A stretch of DNA of 64,000 nucleotides from Vicugna vicugna (GCA_013265495.1 MU058781.1:5459050-5523049), one strand, 5' to 3'. Numbered from the stretch's first letter, positions 1 to 13,206 are shown. Made by a program: numbers and translations. The notes: generated by a model from the sequence alone, not told the origin.

Positions 1-302
1 TTTTTTAATATTTTTAGTGTGAATAAATAAAAGACTATGTTTAGTGTGAATAAATAAAAGTAAGTTCCACAGCAGACCCTCAGCTCAGTCAACACTTGCA
101 TCTCCTGTAAGCATGTGCTAGAAAGAGTTTTACTTTGGCTAACAAGTTACTATGTTGTTCAATGAAAATGTGAACTAACCCCTGATTGATGAATTATTAA
201 TAATTCTTTCCTTAGATCAATACTGAACTTATCCATTATATAGAAAATGTATTAAGATGTGAAATGTAGGGGGAGGTATATGGAATTGCTGCCTTCCTAA
301 AA

Positions 303-675
303 GCTATGGACTAAATTGTGTCTGTCCCAGTTCGTATGTTGAAGTCCCAACACTCATTGTGATATTATTTGGAGGTGGGACCTTTGGAGGCAGTTAGGGT
401 TAAATGAGGTCATGAAGGTGGGGCCATCATGATGGAATTAGTGCCCTTATGAAAACAGACACCAGAGAGCTTGCTTCTTCACTCGTTCCATAATGTGAGG
501 ACACAGGGAGAAGGCACCTGTCTATAAGCCAGGAAGAGAGCCTTCAGCAGAAACTGGCCATGCTGGCACCTTGATCTTGGGCTCCTAACCTCCAGAACTG
601 TAAGAGAATAAGTTTCTCTTGCTTAAGCCACCAGTCTACGGTATTTTGTTACAGCAGCCTGAGCTGACTAAAACA
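303..675 (+). mobile_element. MaLR solo LTR (MLT1A/B-like)
   Basis: Starts gctatggactaaattgtgtc, contains the typical gggttaaatgaggtcatga...gtgcccttat and accttgatcttgg...cctccagaactgtaaga segments, and ends ggtattttgttacagcagcctgagctgactaaaaca. Family recalled from consensus. Confidence 0.8.
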
Positions 676-3600
676 CTGAACAAAACTAAAACCAGATCCT
701 CTAAGGTGGGAAATAAGAAGTAAACATTCCATATAGTGTAGGCAGGAGGACTCTCACCTTCTCTAGAATCACTCCTTGTAATTACTATTGTTGCCTCCAC
801 ATTGTCCCGAGAGTGGTTCTATTTACTTTAAAACTCAGATCCAAGTGAGATCCTGAGGCCATTCCCACCATATTCTGTATGAAGTTAAAAGAGGGCTGGG
901 CTGTTTGGGCAAGTTTTACAAACAGTTAAGGGATAGCCAAGGGCAATTACACAAAAACTAATAGGTCAGCACAAGACCTGGTTTGCAATCTGGACCCAGC
1001 TCTTGCGTTGACACCAGTTTGCCACCAACCACCGAGAAGTATGTGCCCAGACTCTTCTCCTGGAAGTCTGGGCCCTAGGAAGGGCAGGATCTCCTGCCTG
1101 TTCTAAGCTGGGAAATTCCTACAACGCCCACCTAATCAGTGCTGTGTTCCTGGGCTCTAGCAGCTAAAATGTCTCTGACGGAGGGAAATGTAGGGTGAGG
1201 ATCTGAGGTTCAGATCCACCAAGGCAAATTGGTAGAGACAAGGCTGCTTCCCCTCACCCTGGGAGGCAGATGGCTTCCTGTCCAGCCTCTCCCAGGAATT
1301 CTGAACCAGGGGAGAGAAGAGGGAGGAAAAAGCAGCCAGTAGAGGGTACTGGAAATTTATAGCGACTGAGAGATTCCCAGGGAGAAAGTAGACCTTTGTG
1401 TTCAAGTCAATTTCAAATCATCACAATCTCCAGAAACACAGCAAGGACAAAATATTGAATAACTGAAATAGGGGACAGATTTGCATACCAAGTGATATAA
1501 ACTATGCACATGGCAGCCATAATAAGTGAGCTGGGAAGAGGTGGTGTGATTGAAGCTTAGTGAGAAGTTGCCTCACCTTAAAGCACGCCAAGTTTTCTAT
1601 CTTGTTTATTAAAAAGCTTGTGGATTTTTCCAACATATACAGCTGACCTCATGTCCTTTTGCTACTTCTGTAGCATTTCTAACAGTTGTCCCTTTATCTC
1701 TGGAAGACTGATACTCCCTCAATGTGCCACTGATTTTGGGAACGGCCACCCCCACCAAGTTCTGTGTCACACCCACTCACTCAGTGTATCATGTTGGCTC
1801 CTCTTTTACAGAAAGGCATGCTCAGATATGGTGTGAGGGGCAGGAAAGAGGTGTCATTCCAGATCAGTTGGGTAGAACACCTACTAGTTAGGAGACGTTT
1901 GTGAGTTTGAGCCTCGGGCACACTGGGTCTGTCCTCTGTTCCATGGCTCCCAAGTGCATCCTCAGCATGTATCTGCCCAACTTCATTCAAGATCAGAGTG
2001 ACTGTACGTCTTGTGGGTGCATCAGCACCTCGTATCACCAGACTTGAGAAACAACTGCCAAATTATTAATCATCTCCATAAGTCAAAGATAGGTATCAAA
2101 ATATTAAACAAAATATTTTTGTTGTTACACAAAATGTGCCAAATTGGAAGTTATTTCTCAGCTCCAGGCATCTCTCAACTGAATGACATGTACCAAAGAA
2201 CTAAGCATATCACAAAGTATAACATTCCAGGGCATACTAGGAGTTAGAAGGAAAATAAACAGAGGAAAGGGTAATATTTCAGAAAATAAAAAAAAAAAAA
2301 GAAGAGAGCTGAGAAACAGTAATAGTTGGAATTTGTTTCATGGCAGTTCTTTCTGTTTATAATTTTCCTAGTATTCATAACACTAGGTTTAGATTTGGAA
2401 CTCCCCATCGCAAGTGTCTTTTGCTGTTTTGATTTTTTCTCCAGAAGTTCATGTGCATTTTTTATATCACAATCAATATTTAGAGCACGTTGCATGCAAA
2501 GTTCCAAAGTAAAAACATCAATACTAACTAGAAATGCCTCACAACATACAGGTACTTCGTTTTTCCCTTGTACTTTTCAGTCTTTTCCACCTAGACTACC
2601 GTAAACATGAACTACTCCGACAACTAGAAGAAACTAGAAGAAAATTACGTAAACTGCCTGCTAATTAAGACAACGCCATTTTACATTCCAGAGTTTGTAA
2701 TTCATGTGTTGCCCATTCCTTCTTTGACTCTTTAAACAGCCAGTTTTGGAAATGAGATGCTCTGCTTTGATGGTAGGCCAAGATCAAATTAAACTACTCC
2801 TGAATTTCACAAGTCTAATATTTCAAATGAGAGATTTCAGCTCACTCCACGCATTTTAACACACTTGTGCTCGATGAAGCACTGCTTATAGAATAATTAG
2901 CTTGAATAATGTGTGAAAGCCAACGGACAGTTTTTTAGGCAGTCGCTAAGTGTTCTTCCCTCCATGCTCCCACCAGTGAATGTTCAGAGCTAAAGAGGGA
3001 GAAGGGCCTTTCCTTTGACCCAGCAAAGGGGTTCTGCAGCATTATGTGCAATGCTCAGAGAGAAATGCGCACGGATAGGTATCCAGCCAGCCAGATCAGA
3101 CCTCGTGCTCAAGCACAAGAAAGATTCTGCAGCCTGACTATCACATCACGTCCTACAAATATTATCTACTGCTCCGTCTTGAGTCCTTGTATATGGGACA
3201 CCAAGAAAAAGGGTGGAGCTTGGGTGTATTTGATCAGCCACTTAGTTGTGGTTTCTATTTTTAAAATCTACCTTTGTGTAACTGATCCTTTTACTTTGTG
3301 GGTTAATTTTAATGCTGTCTTTAAAAGGTGATAGCTGACTGAGAGCAAAAGAAAGCAGACACATAAAATGTAGCGCCTCCATGGCTAATCCGGAACTGCC
3401 TCAGTCACAGCTCCATCCAATCCAGTTCCCACCCCCGGGCCCGGGTGTGCAGGCTCTTATTTTGGAATTAGACCCAGCTGGGGCTTGAAACTAGCTCCAG
3501 ACGTTTAGCAGCATTACCAGATGGTGGGATCCTCTAGAAAGTAATTCTACTGTGGGCTTTCTATTCCCTAAGCAGGTCTTTGAGCATAACGTGCTTTCTC

Positions 3601-4210
3601 ACCCAGTCACCAGCAAACTCAGCATTCTTCATCCTAACTAACCAGCCTCCCCCTGTCTCTACTCCAGTAAGAAATTAGGTAAGAGAGAGACCAGAGAGAG
3701 AGAGAGGTCAGGGTCCCATACTTCCTGTATTATGTTAGGAGAAGCCAGTATTCTTTTTCTTCTTGGTCTTCATGATTTCTAGCCCCTCCCCAAGTGCCGT
3801 TTTTCCCTGTTTTTAGCTTTGTTTTGTTTTCAGAAATCCTTTTCCTCTGTGGTCTTATCTATTCTGTGATCAGTTTCAAAAACAATTGGAATCTTTACCA
3901 ACCATCCGATAGTTGGAGCACAATCTGGGTTTGTATTAAGAAACATCCTTGCCCAAACATCGAATATGCTATTTTCAAAATAGTTTCTCCACGAAATGAG
4001 TAGTTGGTTTTGGTGTTTGGTTGTTTTGGTTTTTTTATTTTTGTTCTTGGCCAATTAATATTTCTCCCTTTCCATTCATTTTCATGCCTAGTTCCCACTG
4101 ATTCTGTGAATTCCCCAAATTTGTGTACTAAATTCCTTTTTCCTTAAATTAGACACTTTTTGGTTAGCTGGCTTTGGTTTAGCCAGCTTAGTCGCTCAAT
4201 AAACAAATAC

Positions 4211-4300
4211 ATTCACTATGCTGTACACCAGAAACTAATACAATATTGTAAATCAACTATCCTTCAATTTTTTTTCAGTTTAAAAAAAAACTGAAAAAAA
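4211..4300 (+). mobile_element. Short L1 3'-end fragment
   Basis: attcactatgctgtacaccagaaactaatacaatattgtaaatcaactat followed by an A-rich tail; same L1 terminus as seen inverted at ~10540-10590. Confidence 0.7.
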
Positions 4301-5767
4301 AATTAACCAGCATAACTGCCCTCCATCTTACCGCTTGTCTCTTCTCCGGGTTCTAAAATTTCTAGAGATTAAACATGTATTAGATGACAATTATCCAAAT
4401 GTTATCCCCCAGATAAATTTCCCAGATCAGTAAACTGGAATTAAGTGAATGAGGAGTTAGTTGATATAAGACAGGACTAATTTCAGCAGCTCAAAATCGC
4501 GAGGTGAATTCTTAAAAGACACAAAGACGTGAGTGCGCATGTCTGTCTGCAGCACTGAGGGTAAGGACTTGGTTTAGTTTTAGCCATAGTGGGCTTTACT
4601 GAAAGACTGTGGTAGGATCCTATCTATCAGTCTTCTGCTCTGATAGCCTTCCTGCTTCTTCAGAAATAAAGGCCACTGGAACAGAGCTAATTGGAACTCT
4701 GGGCAAGGGATAAGGGCTGGAGAGGTCATGGGCAGGCAGCCGCAGGATCTGACGTTAGGGATCTCCTTGTATATACCGGGTCGTTCAGATGCTTTTATGA
4801 GCATTGTGTCTGCTGCTGCTCTTCACAGCAGCGCTGAGGAAAGGCGGGGCAGATACTATGTTCTTCGTTTTACTGCTGAAACACTGAGCTCCAGAGAAAT
4901 GAAGTCAGTTTTCAAGGGTCCAAAGCTAAAACCCACGTCTCTGGCTTCTTCAGTAAGGAAACCAAAGAGGTAGGCTGAGTAATGGCGTTGGCTAAAAGAA
5001 ACAAGTGGCAAATGAGAGAACAGTTGTAGACCTCTAATTATTAATAGCTACTATTGAGTTTATACCACCTGTTAGGTTCTGAGATGCGTCCCTTACCCTG
5101 AAGATGGGGCTAACACCTGGTCACCTGAGAGAAGAGATTGGCATTGGAGCATGTGCTTACTTAATGTTTCATGAATAAATGAGATAAGGCGTAAGATGGG
5201 ATGGGCAACCTGAGAGAGGGCCTTGGTGCCCTGTAAGGTGTTTTGATTCAGCACAGCGGGTAAATAGAAGCCCTTGGAGAGGGTTCACAGAGAAAGCGCT
5301 AAATCAAGTTTCCTGTACTGAACATCCGCAAAAACTTTTATACTCAGATTGTGTTTTTTCAATGACTAGGTGTAAAACAAGGAACAAAAAACCGCTTTCC
5401 AACAACCCACAGTGGCAAACCCCAGGGGAAACAGTTTTCTTTTCAGCTTTTGGGGTTGCTCTCGTTCCTATCTGCTTTCACCTCCCGAAGTGCGCTATTG
5501 GAGCGACCCAAGGCTTCTGAAGAACGGCGGCAGCTTGGAGGCGTTTAATCTTTGTAAATTCAAGCCAGACAGAAAGGCGTCCCCTCCTGGGAGCCCCGGG
5601 CGATCGCTGGCTCCGAGCAGCGTCGCCCAGCGGGCAGAGGCAGCGGCTGCGTTCCGGGGCCTCCCTCCTTCCGCCGCGCTCGGCGCCCGCGAGCTGCCAC
5701 CTCCCCAGGCGGCCGGGGGAACTCAGCGGGCGCTGGGAGGTCGGGCGGCGGCCGAGCGGGTGCCACT

Positions 5768-5851
5768 ATTGGCTGGCGGGGCGGCGGAGGATGGGCGGGG
5801 CCGCCGTGATTGGCGGGGGCTCCAGCCGAAGGGGGCGGGGCCGCTATATCA
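5768..5851 (+). promoter_or_regulatory. MYLIP: Core promoter motifs: two inverted CCAAT boxes, GC boxes, TATA-like element
   Basis: ATTGG at 5768-5772 and 5809-5813; GGGCGG boxes near 5778, 5793 and 5833; TATATCA at 5845-5851. TSS inferred at roughly 5870-5880. Confidence 0.65.
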
Positions 5852-6084
5852 GAGGAGTCCCTGTCGCGGCGCAGACAGTCGGGCTGCTGGAGTGCGGCGC
5901 CGCGGCGGAGTCCTGGAGAGCCGGTGGGTGGGCGGGCTGGCGAGGGGGTGGCCGGGAAGGCGGCAGGACTGGGGTCTGCAAGGCTGCAGCCTCCCGAGGG
6001 CCAGCCTCGCCGAGCCTGGAGCTGGGTCTGAGCCCCGCGCACACCAAAGACGAGGTGGCTGTGGCGGCAGCGGCGGCCCCAGCC

Positions 6085-6171
6085 ATGCTGTGCTATGTGA
6101 CGAGGCCGGACGCGGTGCTGATGGAGGTGGAGGTGGAGGCGAAAGCCAACGGCGAGGACTGCCTCAACCAG
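6085..6171 (+). CDS. MYLIP: MYLIP/IDOL coding exon 1 (aa 1-29)
   Basis: gccATG start; translates [29 protein letters not shown], the MYLIP N-terminus; donor CAG|gtgagg, phase 0. Confidence 0.97.
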
Positions 6172-7257
6172 GTGAGGACGAGGGCCCAGACGGGGGCCCT
6201 GGCCGGTCCCCCGAGGCTGAGGGGCCTCGCTGTGGCGCCGGGCACCGGGACGCGCCGCTTGCCAGGGGTCGGCGGCGCGTCGGCCCCGAGGGGAATGCGC
6301 CTCAGGCGCCCGGCCCGTGCGCCCTCCTCCCTGAGGCGGTGGGGTGCGCGGCCCCCTTCCCCGCGCGCCGGGTGCGCGTGGTGCCTTGAGGGTGAGGGAC
6401 GCGGGGGGCGGGCTTGCCACCCTTCCCCCTTGCCTGGTACTTTCCCGGAAGAAGGTGTCCCAGCACACCTGAAGCAGGTGTGTGCGTGATGCTGCCTGTC
6501 CGGTCCCCGCGGGGCCTGGCAGCTCCACCTGCGTCCCGGGATGAGGTGGACGGAGGTGGTCGCAGGTCCCTCGGGTTGCTTGGCAGACAAGCCGGGACCC
6601 TGGTTTTGCTGCTTCTCAGACGGACCGTTCACCTACCTGCATCTCCCGATTTGCGGGGGACGAGAGGATGGTAGATTTGGTTCATCTACTCCTCTGTTGT
6701 TCTTAAGCACGCGTTTCCTTAACAGTTAAAGAAGAACGGTTCCAAGCAGTGCATAGTGGTATGGCAGACGGCAAATTGGATCTCAAGTGAAACGCTGTGC
6801 CCTTAAAGCCCCTCGACTTGAATGTTTGGAAAACCTCCTCTAAAGCTTAGATGACACTTGTGGCGTGTTTCCTCACTGTGTTTGTTTTCTTGGAGTCCAG
6901 ATGGTTAAAACTGTCCAGATAATAAGCTGCCAAATCAGCTGTGCAGTTTGTGCTGGTGGAGGGAATTCCGATGATTGGAGTAAGAAGGAAAACACCCCAT
7001 GGATTCCCCCTCCTCAGCCTTTCTGGAAGCCTACGTTTTGACAATTCCTTTTGAGCCTCTGTACTGCATCTAACGGTTTAGCATCACTGGAGGCTTAGAA
7101 TTTTGTTCTTCTGGGTGACAACAGGAATTGTAACACGGTGGTTGAACTTTATAAAAAAAGAAAGTTGTCAGCAATCTTAGACTCAGTTGGAATCCCTGGG
7201 TTTGCTTTGATTTCATGGACCTCTTGCTCATCCACACTGCATTCATTTTTGTTTTAG

Positions 7258-7448
7258 GTGTGCAGGCGATTGGGAATTATAGAAGTTGATTATTTTGGAC
7301 TGCAGTTTACGGGTAGCAAAGGTGAAAGTTTATGGCTAAATCTGAGAAATCGGATCTCCCAGCAGATGGATGGGCTAGCCCCTTACCGGCTTAAACTGAG
7401 AGTCAAGTTCTTCGTGGAACCTCATCTCATCTTACAGGAGCAGACTAG
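7258..7448 (+). CDS. MYLIP: MYLIP exon 2 (FERM F1 lobe)
   Basis: Acceptor ttttgttttag|[20 protein letters not shown]...[19 protein letters not shown]; donor AG|gtaaag; 191 nt. Confidence 0.97.
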
Positions 7449-7791
7449 GTAAAGTGACTGCAAAATAAACCAATGTCAAATAGATCTCTGATTCCACTTA
7501 AGAAGGGCCATTGCACCCTCCCAGAGATGTTCACAGGCAAATTTGTTTTCCTAACTTAGAAGTTTTCCATAGCACAGTTCTTTAGTTAAGGTGAAAAGAG
7601 TTGCTGCATAGTTGGCCTGGGATACATTTTCCAACTCTTCCTGTGTTTTTCTTGTCTTTATAAACAATGGCAGAGCAGGGTTGAATTCTTATAAACATTT
7701 GAGAAGAGTGCCACAACGCAAAAAATTTTTAAAAAGGAAAGAAAGAAAGAGAAAAAAAAGACCCAACTGACTTCCTGATAGCAGCATTTAC

Positions 7792-7807
7792 TGCCCGAAA
7801 GTAACCT
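7792..7807 (-). promoter_or_regulatory. Candidate LXR response element (DR4)
   Basis: Reverse complement reads AGGTTA-CTTT-CGGGCA, very close to the ABCA1-type LXRE; MYLIP is an established LXR target gene. Confidence 0.65.
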
Positions 7808-10514
7808 CTGCCTCCGCGGTGTTACTATAGTTCATTGTAGACTGCTCTAACAGAAAGCAGGAAACAGTTCCTCTTGGGTTTCTTAAACTTGGTCAACTTC
7901 TTCAGCCTAGTGTCAGATTACAGTGTGTAGCAAAGAGCTCTGTCCGACTTAACGCAGAATTTTAAAAGTTTTTAAGTTTCTTGAAAACTTAGTAAGAAAA
8001 CTCTTTTAGGGCCGGTAGTAACCGAACTCCACCCCACAGATATGTTACACGTGATGGTTGAGTTTAGATTGTTAAATTTATCTCTTTACTTCTAGAAAAC
8101 CACCAGTAACGGTAGATAATTGGAGAATGTGGTTTCCTTTTTCAAGCAGAAAATGGTTTCTCCCCTGGACAGGCTGTAATACTTTTCTCAAGGATGAGCC
8201 AAGCTAGGAAACTAGTGTTTAATATTTATCGCGGAAATGCAGGACACCTAAATTTATAGTGGCATGTTAAAAAAAAAAGGGGGGGGATGACTTTTAAAAC
8301 ACAGCAAACTTTGGATCTAAGTTCTAATGTTTTTCATAATCCTTTGGCTTGGGACTTTGCCATGCACATGAAAAATGTAAGTGTGACAGTTTCTGAGTAA
8401 TGATGAGTGAGCCTTTAAGAGTTTTTAACATGTCATTTTTTGGTTGTTGTTTACCAAAGAACAGATAGACACATATTTTGAAATACTGTTCATTTGAATT
8501 TGAAATCTCTGCCTTGCTTTATTACGGAGCTTTGAAGGGTGAGGGAAATGTTCAATCTCGTATCTGAGGGAAGCTAATGTATTGAATTCTTAGTGATCCT
8601 GAAAATGTCTTGCAAAAATATTCAAGAGATTCCAAATTTAAGGATGCTTTAGATGTCCACGTCAATCAGAATAGGTTGGGCTTTCTTTGTTTCTTTCTTT
8701 CTTTATTTATTTTAACTTCAAGCTGATTTCTGAACGCTTCCACTGTGCACGTCCATGTGATAACTTGCAGTCCAGTAAGAGAAAAAAACATATATACATA
8801 TACATAAAAACACATCTTAGAATTTCCATTGTGTAGCTTTATCATGATTTTCCAATTATTTCAGGGCCTCCAGATGCAAATCTATTTTGATGACACACAT
8901 TTATTTTTTAAATCTGCAGAAGTTTGTAGGGCTGAATGCATCATTTAAACAATGGCTGCAGTCATAATAGTAAATGTACATTTGTATTATGAATGTTTAC
9001 AGAATAAAACTACTAGATAGCCTTAACCTGTGCTTTCCTGTAACTGAGTTAATAACTATTATCAAATCCACTTTATCCATGCAAGAAATAGAGACATTTT
9101 ATGAATTGGAATTAAATTTCCTACTTTATTGACTCAATTGACTTTGCCTCTTGAGATTTATGCCTAATAGCACTCAAAGAATGCACATACCTAGTTAGAC
9201 TAGCTATTTTAATTGATTTTAATTCCTTTTGAAATATAGAAAAATTTGTGTGATCTAAACTTTTGACTTTTAAGATATTGGTAAATTTTACTTGTTTTTG
9301 TGGGATTGTATGAAATACAGAATTTTAAGAAAATGCCACCCAAAGTTTATATGGCATTCTGCTTTAATAACTAGATAAAGTGATTTATAATTGGCGTCGT
9401 ACCATTTCATCAGGATGAGACGTTGTACTGGGTCCAGTTTAGTTACAATTAATGTTTTTATGTGCATGATACAATAGAACAGAAAGGCTTATTTTCTCTA
9501 ATGTTATGTTAGCAAGATAAAGCTGGCTGATAAACTTTTTGATGTTTATTTGTTATAAAATATTTATATAAAATGCCACAAAAGTAAAATAGATCTGTTT
9601 ATGTAGTGAGTAAATTCAGCTTTGCCAGTCCAGTTATGAGAGGTGATGCTTTACCATCTCTCAGTCAAGTCATGAGGATACATTTAGTATCTTGAAAGTG
9701 TCTGGACAGTTTATTAAACGGTGCTGAAATATCCTGGCCAAGTTGTCCTCTGGACAATTAAAGCAGCCTGCTCACCGTACAGCTGGCCTAACTGGGGGGC
9801 AGTTAATACATTAGTTTGCATCAGATTAGGGAGGCTTTGAGGCTGACAGGCCTGTTTGTAATAGGAGAGTTCCAGGGGCGAGGCAGAAGCCCTGCATTCT
9901 AGGTCCAGCCCAGCCACCAACCACCAGCAGATAGAGACTTCCAAGCTGAAAGCCCTGGGAGAGATTGTTTCTAAAATCCCTTCTGGTGGTAGACTGTTTT
10001 TTTTCTTTGCTTGTGCTTCCTCTCCATATTATTTTCTTAAGGCTTTTTCTAAATACATTTCTCTGAAGATAGAAAAAAACATATCCAGTGTCTGCTTAGA
10101 TTGAGAGACAGAGTTAGTCTGTCTCTGATGTGGCCTAATTTTAGATTTGATTCTTTACCCTGATTATTATGTGTGCTCTTGAATGGGGGGCTCTGGGAAG
10201 TAACTGGAGAGTCTCATTTCCTTTCAAAGGCTCTCAGTTATTCACGGCAATTCAGACCAGATTTTGTCAACATTTTCAAAACCAGAGATTAAAGAATTAC
10301 ATGCTTCATCTTCAGGGGTGGTAATTATACCATCCACTGCCAACAAACTCTTTATATTTCTCCTGACGTTTTAGAAGAGCTCTGTGATCTTTGCTAGGGG
10401 CACCCTGCTTGGTTAAGACTTACCAACACCTGAATTCTCTATCCCGGAAAACAACCCCAATACAATTACATGTTCACAGAAATGCTGTAATCTCTAACGT
10501 TGAATCTCTTTAGG

Positions 10515-12006
10515 GTTTTTTTTTAAGGTGTAAATTTTTTAAGTATAGTTAGTTTACAATGTTGTGTCAATCTCTGGTGTACAGCATAATGTTTCAGTTA
10601 TACATATACATATATATATTCGTTTACATATACTTTTTCATCATAGGTTACTATAAGATATTGAATATAGTTCCCTATGCTATACAGAAGAAACTCATTA
10701 TTTATCTATTTTTTATATAGTAGTTAGTATTTGCAAATCTCAGATTCCCAATTTATCCCTTCCCACCCTCTTTCCTTCCTGGTAACCATAGTTTGTTTTC
10801 TATGTCTGTGAGTCTGTGTCTGTTTTGTAAATAAGTTCATTTGTGTCTTTTTTTTTTTTAAGATTCCACATATGAGTGTTATCTTATGGTATTTTTCTTT
10901 CTCTTTCTGGCTTACTTCACTCAGAATGATGATCTCCAGGTCCATCTGTGCTGCTCCAAGTGGCATTATTTTATTCTTTTTATGGCTGTATAATATTCCA
11001 CTGTATAAATATACCACAACTTCTTTATCCAGTCATCTGTCAATGGATTTTTAGGTTGTTTCCATGTCTTGGCTCTTGTAAGTAATGCTGTTTTGATCAT
11101 TGGGGTACATATATCTCTTTGAATTAGAGTTCCCTCCAGATACATGCCCAGGAATGGGATTGCTGGATCATATGGTAAGTGTATCTTTAGTTTTTTGAGG
11201 AACCTCTTTTCCATAATGGCTGCACTCCATACTACATTCCCACCAGTAGTGTAGGAGGGTTCCCTCTTCTGTACACCCTCTCCAGCATTTATAGTCTATG
11301 GACTTTTTAATGATGGCCATTCTGACTGGTGTGAAGTAATACTTCATTGTAGGTTTTTTTAAAAATTTTTTAAAAAATGTTTAATTTTTTCATTGAGGTA
11401 TAGTCAGTTTACAATGTTGTGTCAATTTCTGGTGTACAACATAATGCTTCAGTCATACATGAACATACATATATTCGTTTTCATATTCTTTTTCACCATA
11501 AGTTACAAGATCTTGAATATAGTTCATTGTAATTTTGATTTGCATTTCTCTGATAATTAGCAATATTGAGCATTTTTTCATGTGCCTGTTGGCCATTTGT
11601 ATGTCTTCATTGGAGAATTGCTTATTTACGTCTTCTGCCCATTTTTGGATTGGGTTTTTTTTTGTTGTTGTTGTTGTTGTTATTAAGCTGTATAAGCTGT
11701 TGATACATTCTGGAAATTAAGCTCTTGTCAGTTGCATCATTTGCAAATATTTTCTCCTATTACGTAGGTTGTCTTTTTGTTTTGCTTATGATTACCTTTG
11801 CTGTGCAAAAGCTTATAAGTTTAATTAGGTCCCATTTGTTGATTTTTGCTTTTATTTCTATTGCCTGGGTAGACTTCCCAGGAGAACACTGCTAAGATTT
11901 ATGTCAAAATGTTTTGCCTATATTTTCTTCTAGGAGATTTACAGTGTCTTGTCTTATGTTAAAGTCTGTAAGCCATTTTGAATTCATTTTTGTGTGTGGT
12001 GTGAGG
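10515..12006 (-). mobile_element. 5'-truncated LINE-1 (3' end of ORF2 plus 3' UTR), antisense in intron 2
   Basis: Minus-strand ORF fragments LKKLKIHLPYDPAIPFLG...ICTPM...AKTWKQPK...WIKKLWYIYTVEYYTAIK match the L1 ORF2 C-terminus; poly-T at the left end. Confidence 0.92.
11352..11522 (-). mobile_element. Short L1 3'-end insertion nested inside the intron 2 L1
   Basis: Repeats the L1 terminus seen at ~10540-10670; flanked by direct repeat ttcattgta (11343-11351 and 11523-11531). Confidence 0.8.
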
Positions 12007-13206
12007 ACATGTAAAGATGCGAGCAGTGATGGGTATAACTTCAGACCTCAGCTCACTCTCCCTCCTTGGGAAAGCCTTCTCTAGGCCTGCTCAGGAGACT
12101 AACCTCTCCCAAGACATCATGTAGCTTTCCTTTGTAGCATTTAATGAGTGTGTAACACTACATTTACTTACGTGACTATTTGTTTATTGTCAGCCAGTCT
12201 GATAGTTTATATTCCATCAAGCAAGGAGCTGATCAACCTTGTGTCCCCAGAGTCTAGCAAGTGCCTGGTGCGTAAACATTTGTTGAATCAACTAATTAAG
12301 AACTTGGAAATAAATTAAAATGATGTAGACTGCTACTGGTAATACACATTTTTCTCATTGATACTGAAATGCTTGCCACTTTGCTCCTGTAACCTGAAAG
12401 GCTTGAGACTGTTTAAAAGAAATCTCACCATTAAAAATGTTTTGCAATGGTTTTTCTCGATTAAGGATTTGCTCAGTGCTTGGCCTTCTTTTGTTTGCTC
12501 CCTTCCTTCATCTCCTCCCCCTGCGCCAGGCCATTTGTTTATTGTGGCTGTTCTTATCTTGAATGAACTACCACTGTCTGGACCTTTTATGAAGTGCAGA
12601 TAGTTTTCAAGCTGCAGGCTCACTTTATCTAATTTCAACCACTTTGTAGGTCCTAAGTACTCATTAAACTCAGTTTTTCCCTGTCTCCCAGTTCGAGGGA
12701 AGATGGCATCACTGAAACTCACAAAGCAAATGCCTCATGCAAACTATAGGCAGATACGAGGTGATAATCTCAGATCAGTTCCGGGCTGAATCACCTTGAT
12801 CCTAGGCAGTGCCTGTAATCATGTTCAAAGTCGTATGAAACATTGTCAGCCAGCAATGATCAAGGTTGATTGCATAATTTACCTTTGTGTGATTAAGGAT
12901 GGGTAAATTCTTTAGGACACTATTGCAGGAGTATTTATATTATTCATACCAACTACATACCTAAGAGTGGAATGATACTTTTTGGGGGGGAGGGTATGCC
13001 CAAACAGCATAGGCTCCAAGAAAGTAAAAAAGGTAAAAACAGACTTGTATAGTATTTCCAAAGAGAGTATTAATAACGTTTCTGAATTCTAATTTATCTG
13101 TTAAGTTCTTCTTTTTGCTCAGAATATGGCGAGTTTGTGTTGTCATTATGTTTATTGAAGCCATGGATCTCCCATCTGGGCACTTGCAGACTCTTTTTGA
13201 ATTTCT

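Larger units (their letters stand above)
5480..6670. promoter_or_regulatory. MYLIP: CpG island spanning the MYLIP promoter, exon 1 and start of intron 1
   Basis: Visibly very high GC and CpG density around the start codon at 6085; boundaries approximate. Confidence 0.9.

Noticed and set aside
13..59. Repeat of tttagtgtgaataaataaaa at the window start
   Set aside because: Short AT-rich local duplication with only two units; not an array.
2244..2507. Minus-strand 87-aa ORF that looks protein-like
   Set aside because: No recognisable domain, no true ATG start or clear splice sites, and it runs into a poly-T tract; tblastn/PhyloCSF would be needed to revive it.
5247..5267. REST/RE1-like TTCAGCAC
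   Set aside because: Only the left half matches; the GGACAG half is missing.
5412..6632. Long overlapping ORFs of 179-325 aa on both strands
   Set aside because: Expected from stop-codon depletion in a CpG island; low-complexity Gly/Ala/Arg/Pro content. Only 6085-6171 matches MYLIP.
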